From: Octopus bimaculoides
Taxonomy: Eukaryota
Direction of reading: 5' to 3'
Assembly: GCF_001194135.2 (NCBI RefSeq)
Contig: NC_068998.1
Location: forward strand, 12,191,432 to 12,255,431
DNA length: 64,000 bases
The position numbers and the translations under genes were made by a program. The stretch's first letter is position 1. The number at the start of each line of letters is the position of its first letter. The notes beneath the pieces were generated by a model. The model was not told where the DNA came from and made no database searches. It saw only the letters and a list, made by a program, of their open reading frames with translations. This document shows, in pieces, positions 39,082 to 50,418 of the stretch.

Positions 39082-40699
39082 ATGTTAGAACCTGTTCACA
39101 GCATGAGAGGGAAGCTGCCATCACTTCACCGGATTGGTAAAACAAAATGCATTGATGAGGATGAACCGCCACCAATCCATGATCTCAGTTTTGATCCGGT
39201 TCCATTTGCACTTCTTGAAGACAATCGCTTTGATGTCAGTGATGCAGAAGAAACACTTCGAGCTCTACGGAGAGCGTTCTGTATAGTTTGTCCTGGAAGA
39301 CATGCTTGCAAACGATCATTTGATCATTCTGGCTTGAACATCACACATTGTCGTGATGGCGTTGGGCTGGGGAAATATTATCTTCAGCTCCAAAAGATTA
39401 TGGAGAAGAGGGCTTGGCTAGAATTTACTCATGATTGGATGTACCGAGTGAAATCCACTTTGCTTTTCATACAAGAACTTGAATCCATGGTCTATACTGA
39501 ATACTGCACACTGTATGATATTATGCACAATAACCAATTACCACAGGACATTGAGAGCAAACTTTGTGGTTTGAATTCGATATGTGAAGATTTGCGAGTG
39601 CACAGCAACCACTGGAACAGTATCCAACAGAGAATCCGAACACAGCAATGGATGCAGCCATTACTAAGTAGCGTTTACTCAGAGTTGAAAATGTTAAAAA
39701 AAGTATTTTTTCAGCTACAGGATGCCACAATATGGTGGATTCACAAATTAATTGAAATTGGTCTTGTAGTATTTTCTCACTCTCAGATGAGTCATGTTTC
39801 AAATGAAGTATTTTGGAGTGTTGCTCGCGGTCTGGAAGACTTCAATTCTATTGTCACAAGTGCCAAACTGAATGCCTTTCACGACAATGAAAGTATAATA
39901 TTCAAGGACCCTAATTTAATGGCTATGTGGAACAGTATTATGATAAATTCTAAATTTCACAATTTATCTTCCCTCATTACTATATCACCCATTTCTTTGA
40001 ATCACATTTTGAATTGTTTCGCAAACCAAAGGTCGCGCTATGCCACTTTTGACACACATCGATTTCTAACGAAAAGCGATGAATTCATCGACAACTTAGA
40101 TACAGGCACACTTCCAGGGTTTGTCTGGAATGATTTGTCTGCCAATATCATGAGTGCAGTGTCATCTGAGTCCTTTGAACATCAAATTGGTAATGGCAGT
40201 GCAAGTTTGAGCACTGTCATATTAAATGTGAACTCCTTAAAAGCTCCTGATCTTTCTGTTTTAATGTCCCCACTGACTGACTTCGTCAGAAGGGAACAAG
40301 ATTTTGCTGAAAAATTTCTAAGTGTCATATGCAATTCAACAAATTTTTTACGTTATGATAATACAAATAATTCTTCAACAAAGGACAACAAAGGTGTCAC
40401 TACAAACCGGTTGACAGCTCGCAGATTTTCTGGTACGCCGGTTCTCTCCAGAACAGATTCACGTCGTAAAACTGTTTCCTGGGGCGACACTGCAAATTCT
40501 TCTATCAAATCTCAATTAGTTGCTACTTATTTGGAGAATATATGGCAGAACTTTGGTAAAAATTTTGAACACCTTATATACGAACCAGCCTGGAATGGTG
40601 AGAGAAGTTTAATGAGGACAGATGTCGGTTCCTTATTTCTGGTTAACGACACATTAGTATTAATGTTATGTCGAATGATTTATCATGGCATCGTTAAAG
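39082..40699 (+). CDS. CCDC142: Coiled-coil domain-containing protein 142-like, coding exon 1
   Basis: Acceptor ttctttacag at 39073, ATG at 39082 (MLEPVHSMRG...), 539 codons open to AAA G|gtaagt. The ORF-track tail after 40699 is intron. Family call comes from downstream exons. Confidence 0.85.
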
Positions 40700-40902
40700 G
40701 TAAGTTCTGTCTTGAAGTACAACTTTGCTACTATTCCTACTTAAAAGATGCTTGTCTGTGTGAGCGACCAGAAACTTGCTTAGGGGTGAGCAGGCAGCAG
40801 GGGAAACCTTCAGAGGAAGAACTGTCAAGTAAATGTTTTGGCCTGTTCTAAGGGAACTGGGCCTACCTAGGTAGTGACTCCCAGATGTTCCCCTGCTGGT
40901 AT

Positions 40903-41123
40903 TTAATCCTTTAGCATTCAGATTTCTTTGTATTGTTTATTTATTCACATTGTTTTTAATTAATCACGCATTATCTTGTAGTTACAAGGATTCAATGGTG
41001 TGTCTGCATATTTTTAAAATGACTTTGTAGGATAGGTGTGAGAGGTTGGATCTGATTGGCTTTAACATAAAACAGGTAGAATATTTAGGCCAAATATGGC
41101 TGGATTAAATGCTGAAGGGTTAA
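40903..41123. mobile_element. piggyBac-like MITE, family B
   Basis: TTAA-(T)CCTTTAGCATT...AATGCTGAAGGG-TTAA; reverse copies near 13900-14131, 36695-36917 and 51370-51592. Confidence 0.75.
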
Positions 41124-42878
41124 ATACCACCTTCAGTGGGGGTTGAACTCGAAACCTTTGATGAGCTTATTGCTCAGCCATGCAGAACTGCATGAACTTG
41201 CATTGTCTCAAACTGGGTTTTCTTCCTCCTATGTTTAGTGGCTTGCTGTATACCTTTCAGTTCCATCTGTGTGTATTTATGTATGTGTGTGTTTGTGTGT
41301 GTGAATCAGTGTGTGTACACATAAATGTATATATGTGCATGTCTGAGTCTCTATCTTCTTGTCTATACACCCATGTGTATTCATCAATGTGCCTGTGTTC
41401 GTGTATGTTAATGTGTTTCTGTGTGTATATCTATCTATCTCTTCAGATGTATTGTGTCTGTGTAAGTGTGTATGGCTTTTATATTCTTGTTTCAGTCATT
41501 AGACTGCAGTCATATATTTGAGTAGAAAGGATTATTATTATTATTGAATGTCAGAAAAGTTATAGAAATGGTTAAATATTGAACTAAATACTTTGTGCAT
41601 TTTGGATATATCTGTTTACATTTTGAGTTTGAGATCCTGCTGGAGTCAAGTTTGCCATTTTTCAGCCTTTGTGGATTGGTGAATTAAGTATCAGTTGGAT
41701 ATTGGAGTCAATACAATTGAGCACACTCTTCCTCTCTTCAGAATTTGTGGTTTTATACCTATATTAGAAATCATATTTGACAGACCTAAGACTGTGAACT
41801 GGTCAGTTTGTTAGCATATCAGACAAAATGTTTAGTGGCATTTCTTCTGACTCTTTACATTCTGAGTTCAAATTCCACTGAGGTCACTTTTTTCTACGCA
41901 AAGGAGTTTTTTTTAACCTAATATTTCATCATCAACATTTAATGTATGTTTTCCATGCTGGCATGGGTTGGATGGCTTGATGGGAACCGGCAAGGCCAGG
42001 GGTCACATCAGGTTCCATAGTCTGTTTTGGCTTGGTTTCTGTGGCTGGATGCCCTTCCTAATACCAACCACTTTAAGACTGTAGTGGATGCCTTTTATGT
42101 GGTACCAGCACCAGTGCTTTTTACCTGGTACCAGCACCCCAACTAATGCTTTTTATGTGGTACCTGGGTTTTAGGATCTCAATAGTTACACACCATTATA
42201 TATAGCTTTATCTACTTCAAGTTCCACTTTTAAAATCATTTTATTTCACACATTTTCTTGAAGTTTCTAAATTCATATGACATCATAATTTCTAACATCA
42301 TTATTGTTTCTGTATGTTATATCCCTAATAAATGTTATATCTTCTCATTAAGTTAGGCCTCATGTTAGAAATAATTAAAATCTTATTTGCTGTATCCTAG
42401 ATCTTTTCCCATCTGGCTCAGTTATACCACTGCAAATATTGGCACAGAAAATTCACACAATTGCTGCAATTGGATGCTGGGATAACTGTAAGTAAATAAG
42501 CTGGATTTTTTATTGTTGCTTTTGTTTTTCCCTAATTTAAAATGATCTATGCTGAACTTAGACTTCAACTTTCCATAAAAGCTTTATTAAGTATTTAAAG
42601 ATCTTGGGTTTTTATTGATTTCAATTATTATCTTATAAGATGTTCAGTCATACAGACACCATGGAAAATGTATTCATAAAGTATGTCTGAGATATACTTA
42701 GCACATCTGTGGGGAATAACATTGCAGCAGTTGAATTTAAACTCTTCTATGATTCCTTCATTATACTCTACTTGGACTGCTTAACAATGGAATACTGTAC
42801 ATGTTCATGGTACTTGTTTGTAGTTGGTTCAACTAACCCATTCAATGTAAATGTCCTTGATGAGAATAAAGTGTAACT

Positions 42879-43107
42879 TTAACCCTTTTGATACCAACCC
42901 AGCTGAAATCGGCTCTGGCTCTGTAATACAAATGTTTTGTTTTCATAAGTTTTGAATTAAAATCTTCCACCAAACCTTAGTCACAATTTATGTTCCTAAC
43001 ACTAGCTTAATGATAACTAAGTTATTTTACTAAATTCTTTGTTATATTTAAAATAATTGAAAGAAACACAGAGCATCTCAAAATAAATACGGTAATGAAA
43101 GGGTTAA
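42879..43107. mobile_element. piggyBac-like MITE, family A
   Basis: TTAA|CCCTTTTGATACC...GGTAATGAAAGGG|TTAA. Confidence 0.85.
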
Positions 43108-43681
43108 TGTTGATACATTGGCTGTGAGCCCTTCTTGTGGTTGGTTGGTTGGTTGGTTCTCTGTCAACTCCTTCAGTTGTGACTTCAATACTAAAAATAT
43201 GAGAGCCTTTATGTGGCGACTCAACCGTCTGGGAATAGCAACTAATTCTCCCTCAAGCCACACCTTACTGCCTTAAAAAAAGGGTAAGTTTATACTGAAT
43301 ATTGTAGTTGTAGATATTCCTTAATCAGATGAAATGGTCATGGCTGGAATGCCTCTGATCATAGGTCTTCTCAATCAAGGTTAATCTGGGGCTAAATAGT
43401 AACAAGCATTCTTTTTAAGACAATACTTAAGTATTTGAGTATAAATACCTGTTTTTATGGCAGAAGTAAATGTCTAAATTTGTAGAACTATCTCACCCAT
43501 ATCAGCATAAAGAAATTGATGTGAAAACTGTTTATTTATAATTGCTGAAATTATATATGTTATGGGGGTCATAGATAGTCATGTCTTACTTGTCTAACTA
43601 ACTATACTGTATACCGGTATAGATGTTATAACAGTCCGATGTTGGATTACAACAATATATTATCTTTTTGTCCTTTTAAAG

Positions 43682-43840
43682 GTGTTTGTAAAGTTGAAGG
43701 TTTAAGGACAGTGGATAAATGTTATCCCTGTCCGTTAGGTAATGGAGACTACAGCACAAAAACTGGATTACTCTTGAAAGACACATATCAACCATTATTA
43801 TCTTCACTGGAAAATTGTATTCAAAGTTTAAACTCAACAG
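43682..43840 (+). CDS. CCDC142: CCDC142-like coding exon 2
   Basis: cttttaaag|GT GTT TGT...ACA G|gtaagt; VCKVEGLRTVDKCYPCPLG...SLNST, phase 1-1, 159 nt. Confidence 0.82.
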
Positions 43841-44508
43841 GTAAGTGTTTGGAATTATTAATTAGAATTACATTTCAGGTTGTTTCAGAGAGCGTAAAGG
43901 GATGGTCTAATAGACTACAGGGCAAATGGACAAATGGTTGGTGCTTTGTGTCTTGTCACTGTTTAATATCTGTGATCATGACACTCACTTCTCAATAATT
44001 GTATCCAGCCATCTAGCTCTTTGAAGGTATTACTATTAGAAGCAGTGGCAGTATTGGAATTGACAAGTATTAGTTCGTCTTTTTCATTGTTGGTCAACAG
44101 TTTGGCAGAGACGGTAACTTAACTATCTCCACTGTGCCTGGGTTGTTTCTAGAAGTAAGTACCTAACCTTAAATACACGTACCACTTCTCCACTCATGAA
44201 TATGCCATGAAGGAAAGACAAGTCAATACATTTGCAGCATCCATGGAGCCACAGAGAGTACCAGATATCATTTGAGCATAACTGTATATATCTGGATTTT
44301 CTGTAGGATTTTACTCCCCTAACCTTTTTTAGATACTCTGTAAGTTACCCCACAGGGCAGCAAGGGTTTATTGTTATAGTGGGCATAGTTTGTGCTGAGC
44401 CAGTCCCACACTGTCATCCTACTCTCTCTACTGGATGCAGTTTAAAGTCATACTCAAGGCAATTTACAAGTATATATACCTGTGTGTGTGTGTATATATG
44501 TGTGTGTG

Positions 44509-44559
<51 letters not shown>

Positions 44560-45506
44560 AATGCTACCTTCATAAAATTGAGTACATTTTAATTTTCCTT
44601 TTATATGAATGCATTTACATGTTTTGGTTTTTGAAAAACCGTATCAAAAATATGTACTAAAATGGAATATGTAGAGAGAAAAGAGCTATTAATATAATTA
44701 AATTTAAATTAAAATTAACATTCATAGTTTTATGATTTAAAAAAAAAAGATTAACTTTCATGTAAAATTTTTCATAGCCAAGGCACTTAACTGTCAGGCA
44801 TTCAGGTTAAACTTGCTGCAGAAATAGACCCTATTGAAGTACTGCTTATCACTGCAAATATTCAAAGTATTGCATATTTGCTGGATGTTTTTTTTTTCAT
44901 TAGTTGTTACTGGTAAATTCAAATATTCTTGTATGTAAACTGTGGTATCCATTCGGGATTAGAAATATCTCTTCATCACATAACATTTTTTTACTACCTG
45001 TGGGAAATAGATACGTATAAATTTAACTTAAATTTGCAATGATGGAAAACATAAAATAGTTGGTGAGAAGAAGGGAAACTCTAAATGAAATACCAAGCTT
45101 TCTCTTTCTCAATACTCTTCTTAACAAAACTGATGCAATGTAATTTCATCATAGGTCCATACATTTTGATTGATTAAATATTTGGACCATTGAATTACAA
45201 GTTCATGATTTCAAATCCTGTTAGAGGCATTGTATGATAACTGTTGACAAGATACATTGCTATAGCTAACCAGAAAGTAATAGATAATGTGCAAATATCC
45301 TCAATAAATCTTTGGTGTGGAGAGAAAGTATTTCGTTCTTAAAGAGATCTTGTATAATAACATTCTTGTTAAATAAATATTGTGACGGATTTTGATGAGG
45401 TGTTATTTAGTTAGGAAATATGTTGAAGAATTGTTTGTTTTCTTGATGTTATTTAATTCTTTTCTGGGGGATAATAATTAAAAAGGAACTTTTTTTTTTG
45501 TTGAAG

Positions 45507-45682
45507 GGCCTGAGTCAACTTTACAGAAGTCTGTAACGGACCCAACTCAAATATTGTCCCTTTTCACACGCCTTCAGACCACAGCATGCATCGCATTATC
45601 ATGGTGCTATTCCAAGACCCATGAGTTCCTTGCTAGTTGGTCGATTGGTTCGTTCATTCTTGTCACACAGACAGACTTAAAG
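45507..45682 (+). CDS. CCDC142: CCDC142-like coding exon 3
   Basis: ttgttgaag|GG CCT...TTA AAG|gtaagc; PESTLQ...SWCYSKTHEFLASWSIGSFILVTQTDLK, 176 nt. Confidence 0.87.
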
Positions 45683-45920
45683 GTAAGCTTTAATATGATA
45701 ATCTAAAACAACAACAAAAAAATTGTAACGAATTTCCAGCTCGTTTCATTGCATCTCTGAGCTGGATGCTTTTCCTGTTCATTTAGCTTAGCTGTCAAAA
45801 CTTTTGGGGAAGTTACCTATGATTGTCTTATGCATTATGAGATGCACAGTTAATCTACTTCAATGCTTGTATGATATTTTCATCACTAGTTTTTTGATTT
45901 TGTTTAATTCTATTTCATAG

Positions 45921-46070
45921 ATACTGTCTGATGAAACAAAGCGTGCTGTATGTATAGCCCAGACGTTATGCACAAACCTATCGTTGTATAACTCATTGCA
46001 CAATGCCTATATACACTCTGCTCTCACTGAGGTCTATCATGAATTAGAAGATATCAATTCCCAACTCCAG
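45921..46070 (+). CDS. CCDC142: CCDC142-like coding exon 4
   Basis: ttcatag|ATA CTG...CTC CAG|gtaaat; ILSDETKRAV...EDINSQLQ, 150 nt, phase 0-0. Confidence 0.85.
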
Positions 46071-46716
46071 GTAAATATATGACACTATCGATACATTGTT
46101 AACACACATGATTGTTTATATATATTTTAGACACTAAAATTATTTTAAAGTATATATTTACTCCACCTTTTATTTTGACCTGATGATAAATAAAATTTAA
46201 ATATTCTGTCTGCTTCAATATTAAGATATTTTTGAGTACTTCTGCATTTATGTGTACCTTCAGTTATTTGTGTGTATATAAAGGTTCGACCCCTTTGCAC
46301 ACTGCCTCATGAAGGTCACTGCTAGCTCTCACTGTGCATACAACCATGTGCTGCTATCTGTTGGTGTGCTACAGTACTAGTCCTGGAACTTTTTTTGATA
46401 CCACTTCGTCTATCTATCTATCTATCTATCTGTCTATACACACACACACATTATTGATGTTTATCAGTGAAGGATGTAAACATTGGAAGAAAAATTAATA
46501 AACCAGTGCTACAGAACAAAAATACCCTGTAGTATTTGTTCTGTCTTATTGTACAGACACTCTTTTGATTCTCATCTTTGTCATTGCAGTGAACCAGTTC
46601 TAGGTTTGTTGAAAACCCTGTTAACCGACAATGGTTTAAATATGTGATATAAAAAAATAAGCATGTCATTTATGAGGTCTTTTAGTAAAATCTATTTTTT
46701 AAAAATTTCTTTTCAG

Positions 46717-46828
46717 TCCTTATCTGGTTCAGTAATGAAACTGTTTTCTGAAAATTGTGGGAAAATATCGAAGCAGTTTTTCCAGAACAATATGCCTGGA
46801 GGCAAGATTTGGAGGAGTAAAAGTGTGG
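46717..46828 (+). CDS. CCDC142: CCDC142-like coding exon 5
   Basis: cttttcag|TCC TTA...GTG G|gtaggt; SLSGSVMKLFSENCGKISKQFFQNNMPGGKIWRSKSV, 112 nt. Confidence 0.87.
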
Positions 46829-47867
46829 GTAGGTTTAATGGTAAATTGAAAATTTACACTGTTTTTTAATTGTTTTTTGTAAGTTACAGAAATGGTAATA
46901 AAGTATTTCAAATCATCTCTATACATTTCTGAGTTCAAATCCTCCTAGGATTGTCTTAGCTTTGAAGTCCTGCATAATAATCATCATCATCATATCATTT
47001 TTCACCATGCTATAATGTGTTTGACATGTTTTACAGGCTTTCACCACTCATCTTTGTCTTTAGTCATTAAGCATATACAAAAACAGAGATAGTTGACTAA
47101 CTTTGTGTGTTTTTAGAGCTGTTTTTTACTTCTATTTCTAGCAATGCTGCTATTATCCTTGTACTCTTTATTATATATATATATATATATATATATAATC
47201 AGTTTTGTACAGCAGTTGATTTTCTGAACTTAGAAATTTGTTGTATCAATGCTAGAAATCATTATTTAACAGTAATTATTTGTGTCCTTATTTAGTTTCA
47301 TGTATTGAATTTATTTAGACTTCTGTAGCCTGTTTGGAATTTCACCATGTTTATTTCTTCCTCATATCATCTCATCCAGTCCTGTCTGGAATCATGTTGT
47401 GTTAGACGACTCCATTCTTTATCTTTTGCCTTCACCACCACCATTATCATTGTTGCTGCTGTTGTACAGCTTTCTGTCTGTTGCTTCCCTAGCATTTGCG
47501 TTGGACACTATTGAAATCAAGTTGATATGGTTATATCTTCTTTCTCCATTCTTCCCAGTGTTGTGCCAGTATGTCCATCATTGATGATATAGAAGTGATT
47601 CAGATCACAGTTGGTCAGTGTTTGTTTGGATGTCTTCCAAAAGAGGAGCTCTTATTTACTTCAAAACTAAATGGATTCTCTTGGCATCTGACTTCAACTC
47701 TGCGCTGGAGGAGTGATGAAAGATGACAAGAATTGCCTTACATTTGCTCAAGATCATATGTTCGTAGGATTAATTGAACCGACTTCAGTACATGGTTGCT
47801 ACATATGGACAATCGATAAAAAGAGTGCAGTGAAAATGCTGAGAGGAATGGAAAGTTCAACATTTCA

Positions 47868-48057
47868 GACAGTTCTTCTGGAAAAAAAAGTGACAGGAGA
47901 GAAATTAATAAGACCTAGCAAAGTTTTACATCCTCCAAGTTAAAAAAAAAAGAAACCAAAAAACAGGCTGCACCTGCAGCCCATTTAACATAGAGATTAT
48001 AAAACTCTGCTGTCTCATTAATTTCTCTCCTGTCAACTTTTCCCTGAAGGACTCTGT
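47868..48057. mobile_element. Degenerate MITE with ~45-bp imperfect TIRs
   Basis: gtgacaggagagaaattaataagac pairs with gtctcattaatttctctcctgtcaac; the right end is CTG|TA. Confidence 0.5.
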
Positions 48058-48580
48058 AACGACCGTACGACCAGGAGATGGTGACGAGGAATGGCTCCTT
48101 TTAGCGCACCGCACGGTCGATTGATTGGATTGCACCCTGGCACAAGATAGAACAAGAGACAAAAATACGCCAGTACCAACTAATCAGAGTGGTTGACACA
48201 ACAGGGTCCAAAGATGTGGCTGAAGACTAGCTGTTATCTGCTACGTCCGCACTCATGTATATATAACAGAAAGAGAGAGAAGCATGCTCTATAACTCTGT
48301 CCAGAATGTTGGATTGTTTTGCTTTCCACAGCAAGTTCACTGCACTCTATTTTTATCAATTTTACTAAATAATACAAGTGTTGCTGACACCGACCAACAC
48401 TGGTCTTTTGGATGATCATATGTTACATAATGTAAATCCATTACATTATTGAACATGCAGAAATGAAAAACAAACTTAGTTCCTTCAAAATTTGAAGTTG
48501 AGATTAACAAAAACCTTAGAAATAGTATAATTTGAAACCAAGTTTACTTTCATTCACATTTTATGCTTAAATCTTTTCAG

Positions 48581-48758
48581 ATTACACCATTGAACAACAG
48601 GATTATATTGAACACGCACTGGAAACAATACTGGAACCTGTTGTGGAGGGTGTCAGTAAGCTGAGAGTGACGTCCCAACTGAGTGTTATCTCAATGGCAA
48701 CTGTAGCCATGTGTGAAGCTTGGACTGACTTCATTTTGAAGGAGAAAATTAAATTTAG
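48581..48758 (+). CDS. CCDC142: CCDC142-like coding exon 6
   Basis: cttttcag|AT TAC...TTT AG|gtattt; YTIEQQDYIEHALETILEPVVEGV...CEAWTDFILKEKIKF, 178 nt. Confidence 0.9.
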
Positions 48759-48798
48759 GTATTTAATTATTATTGCTGTTGTTGTTGTTCTTGTTGTT

Positions 48799-49004
48799 AA
48801 GGTGGTAAGCTGGCAGAACCTTTAGCACACCGGGCGAAATGCTTAGCAGTATTTCACCTGTTGTGTTTTGGGTTCAAGTTCCGCTGGGGTCGACTCTGAC
48901 TTTCATCCTTTTGGGGTCGATAAATTAAGTACCAGTTGCATACTGAGATCAATCTAATCAACTGGCCCCCTTCCCTCAAAATTTCAGGCCTTGTGCCTAT
49001 AGTA
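48799..49004 (+). mobile_element. tRNA-derived SINE, family 3
   Basis: Forward copy in CCDC142 intron 6. Confidence 0.78.
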
Positions 49005-49194
49005 CTATTTTATGTTATAAATATTGTTTCAGTGAATTTATTTTTGAGTATTAATGGTTTAATATATGTGTGAGCAATCAATATCTTGATTGTTTGACAT
49101 TTTCCAAGATGCTATAAATATGGGCAACAACAAAATTATATTATTGTCTAATATTTATATAGACAAGACAAACTTTATACATATCATATATATA

Positions 49195-49356
49195 TGAGTG
49201 GTTGGCGTTAGGAAGGGCATCCCGCTGTAGAAACTCTGCCAAATTTAGATTGGAGCCTGGTGTTGCCATCCGGTTTCACCAGTCCTCAGTCAAGTCGTCC
49301 AACCCATGCTAGCATGGAAAGCGGACGTTAAACGACGATGATGATGATGATGATAA
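49195..49356 (-). mobile_element. RTE-tail / (CAT)n-ended short repeat family
   Basis: ccatgctagcatggaaagcggacgttaaacgacgatgatgat tail. Other copies near 13005-13070, 14560-14730, 17880-17990, 23965-24160, 29315-29530, 41920-42175, 51985-52300 and 53060-53211. Confidence 0.7.
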
Positions 49357-50212
49357 TATATGCCCTTCTTTGATTGGAACATCAACCTCAAAACAAAATA
49401 TGCTGATTGTTTGGGGTTCTTAGAATTTTATACAATATATTTGAGTGAAATCTTAACAGTCTCATTGGTTCTTTTACAAAGCTAGAAACAGGGGCCTGGC
49501 AGACATGCTTATCTAAGGCATTACTGTTTTCCTGAGACCATATATTCTGGTTGGGATCCTTCCAGTTGGCTGAGGTTTGTATGACTAAACCACTTGTGTG
49601 CCTGCAATTCATATGAATTTCCTGGAGCTCAACTCATTTTCTATTTCCTTGGATCATTCCTCAAACTCTTGCTATTGCAGACCCTCACAACCATCCTTGA
49701 ATTTTAATGATTAGATTTGAACTTGCAATACTGTTTCAACTGCTAACCGTTCAACTATAAAATAGTAGAGGTGAAAGCTGTTGGCCAATAACTAGACTTA
49801 TGCAAGCAGTTGTGTATGGTTTGTATACCCATGATGCCCTTCCTGCCGCCAACCCCCACCTGTTGCCAAGCCAGGTAGTTTTTTCCCTCTCTCACTCTCT
49901 GGGAGAGAGGCACAAGCACATACACAGACATATATACACACACGGCAGTAACTTCCACCTACCAAATTCAATCACAAAGCTTCGGTCGGCTTGGGGCTAT
50001 AGCAGAAGACACTTGCCCAAGGTGTCACGCGGTGGGACTGAACCCGAAACCATGTAGCTGGGAAGCAAGCTTCCTAACCACACAGCCACGGCCGCACCTA
50101 CAACCACACCCAAATGTTTATCCTTATTAATTTTCTGCCAATTTCTGTTATTGCTTTTATTTGTTTTTGTACTTGAGCCTTTTTATTAATAAAACTGATT
50201 TCTTCGCTTCAG

Positions 50213-50418
50213 TTTACATGGTGCTCACCAACTTGGTGCAGATTTCAACTTTGTCCGAACGTGGCTAAGCAGTGCAATCCGAAACAATGAAGTCAGACAG
50301 AGTATCACCCAACTCTCTGTTTTCAGCTATTTGAATGGAATTGTGCTTTTACTCCAAAGACAACCGAAAAAACGAGCTTCTACTCGCTTCACCGACCCTT
50401 GTGCTAATGATGATATCA
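50213..50418 (+). CDS. CCDC142: CCDC142-like coding exon 7
   Basis: cgcttcag|T TTA CAT...ATC A|gtaagt; (F)SLHGAHQLGADF matches the CCDC142 FSLQGALQLKQDF motif, ...LNGIVLLLQRQP, 206 nt. Confidence 0.9.

Noticed and set aside
40700-40851. C-terminal 50 aa of the 603-aa ORF
   Set aside because: Lies past a consensus G|gtaagt donor whose phase matches the exon at 43682, so it is intron read-through.
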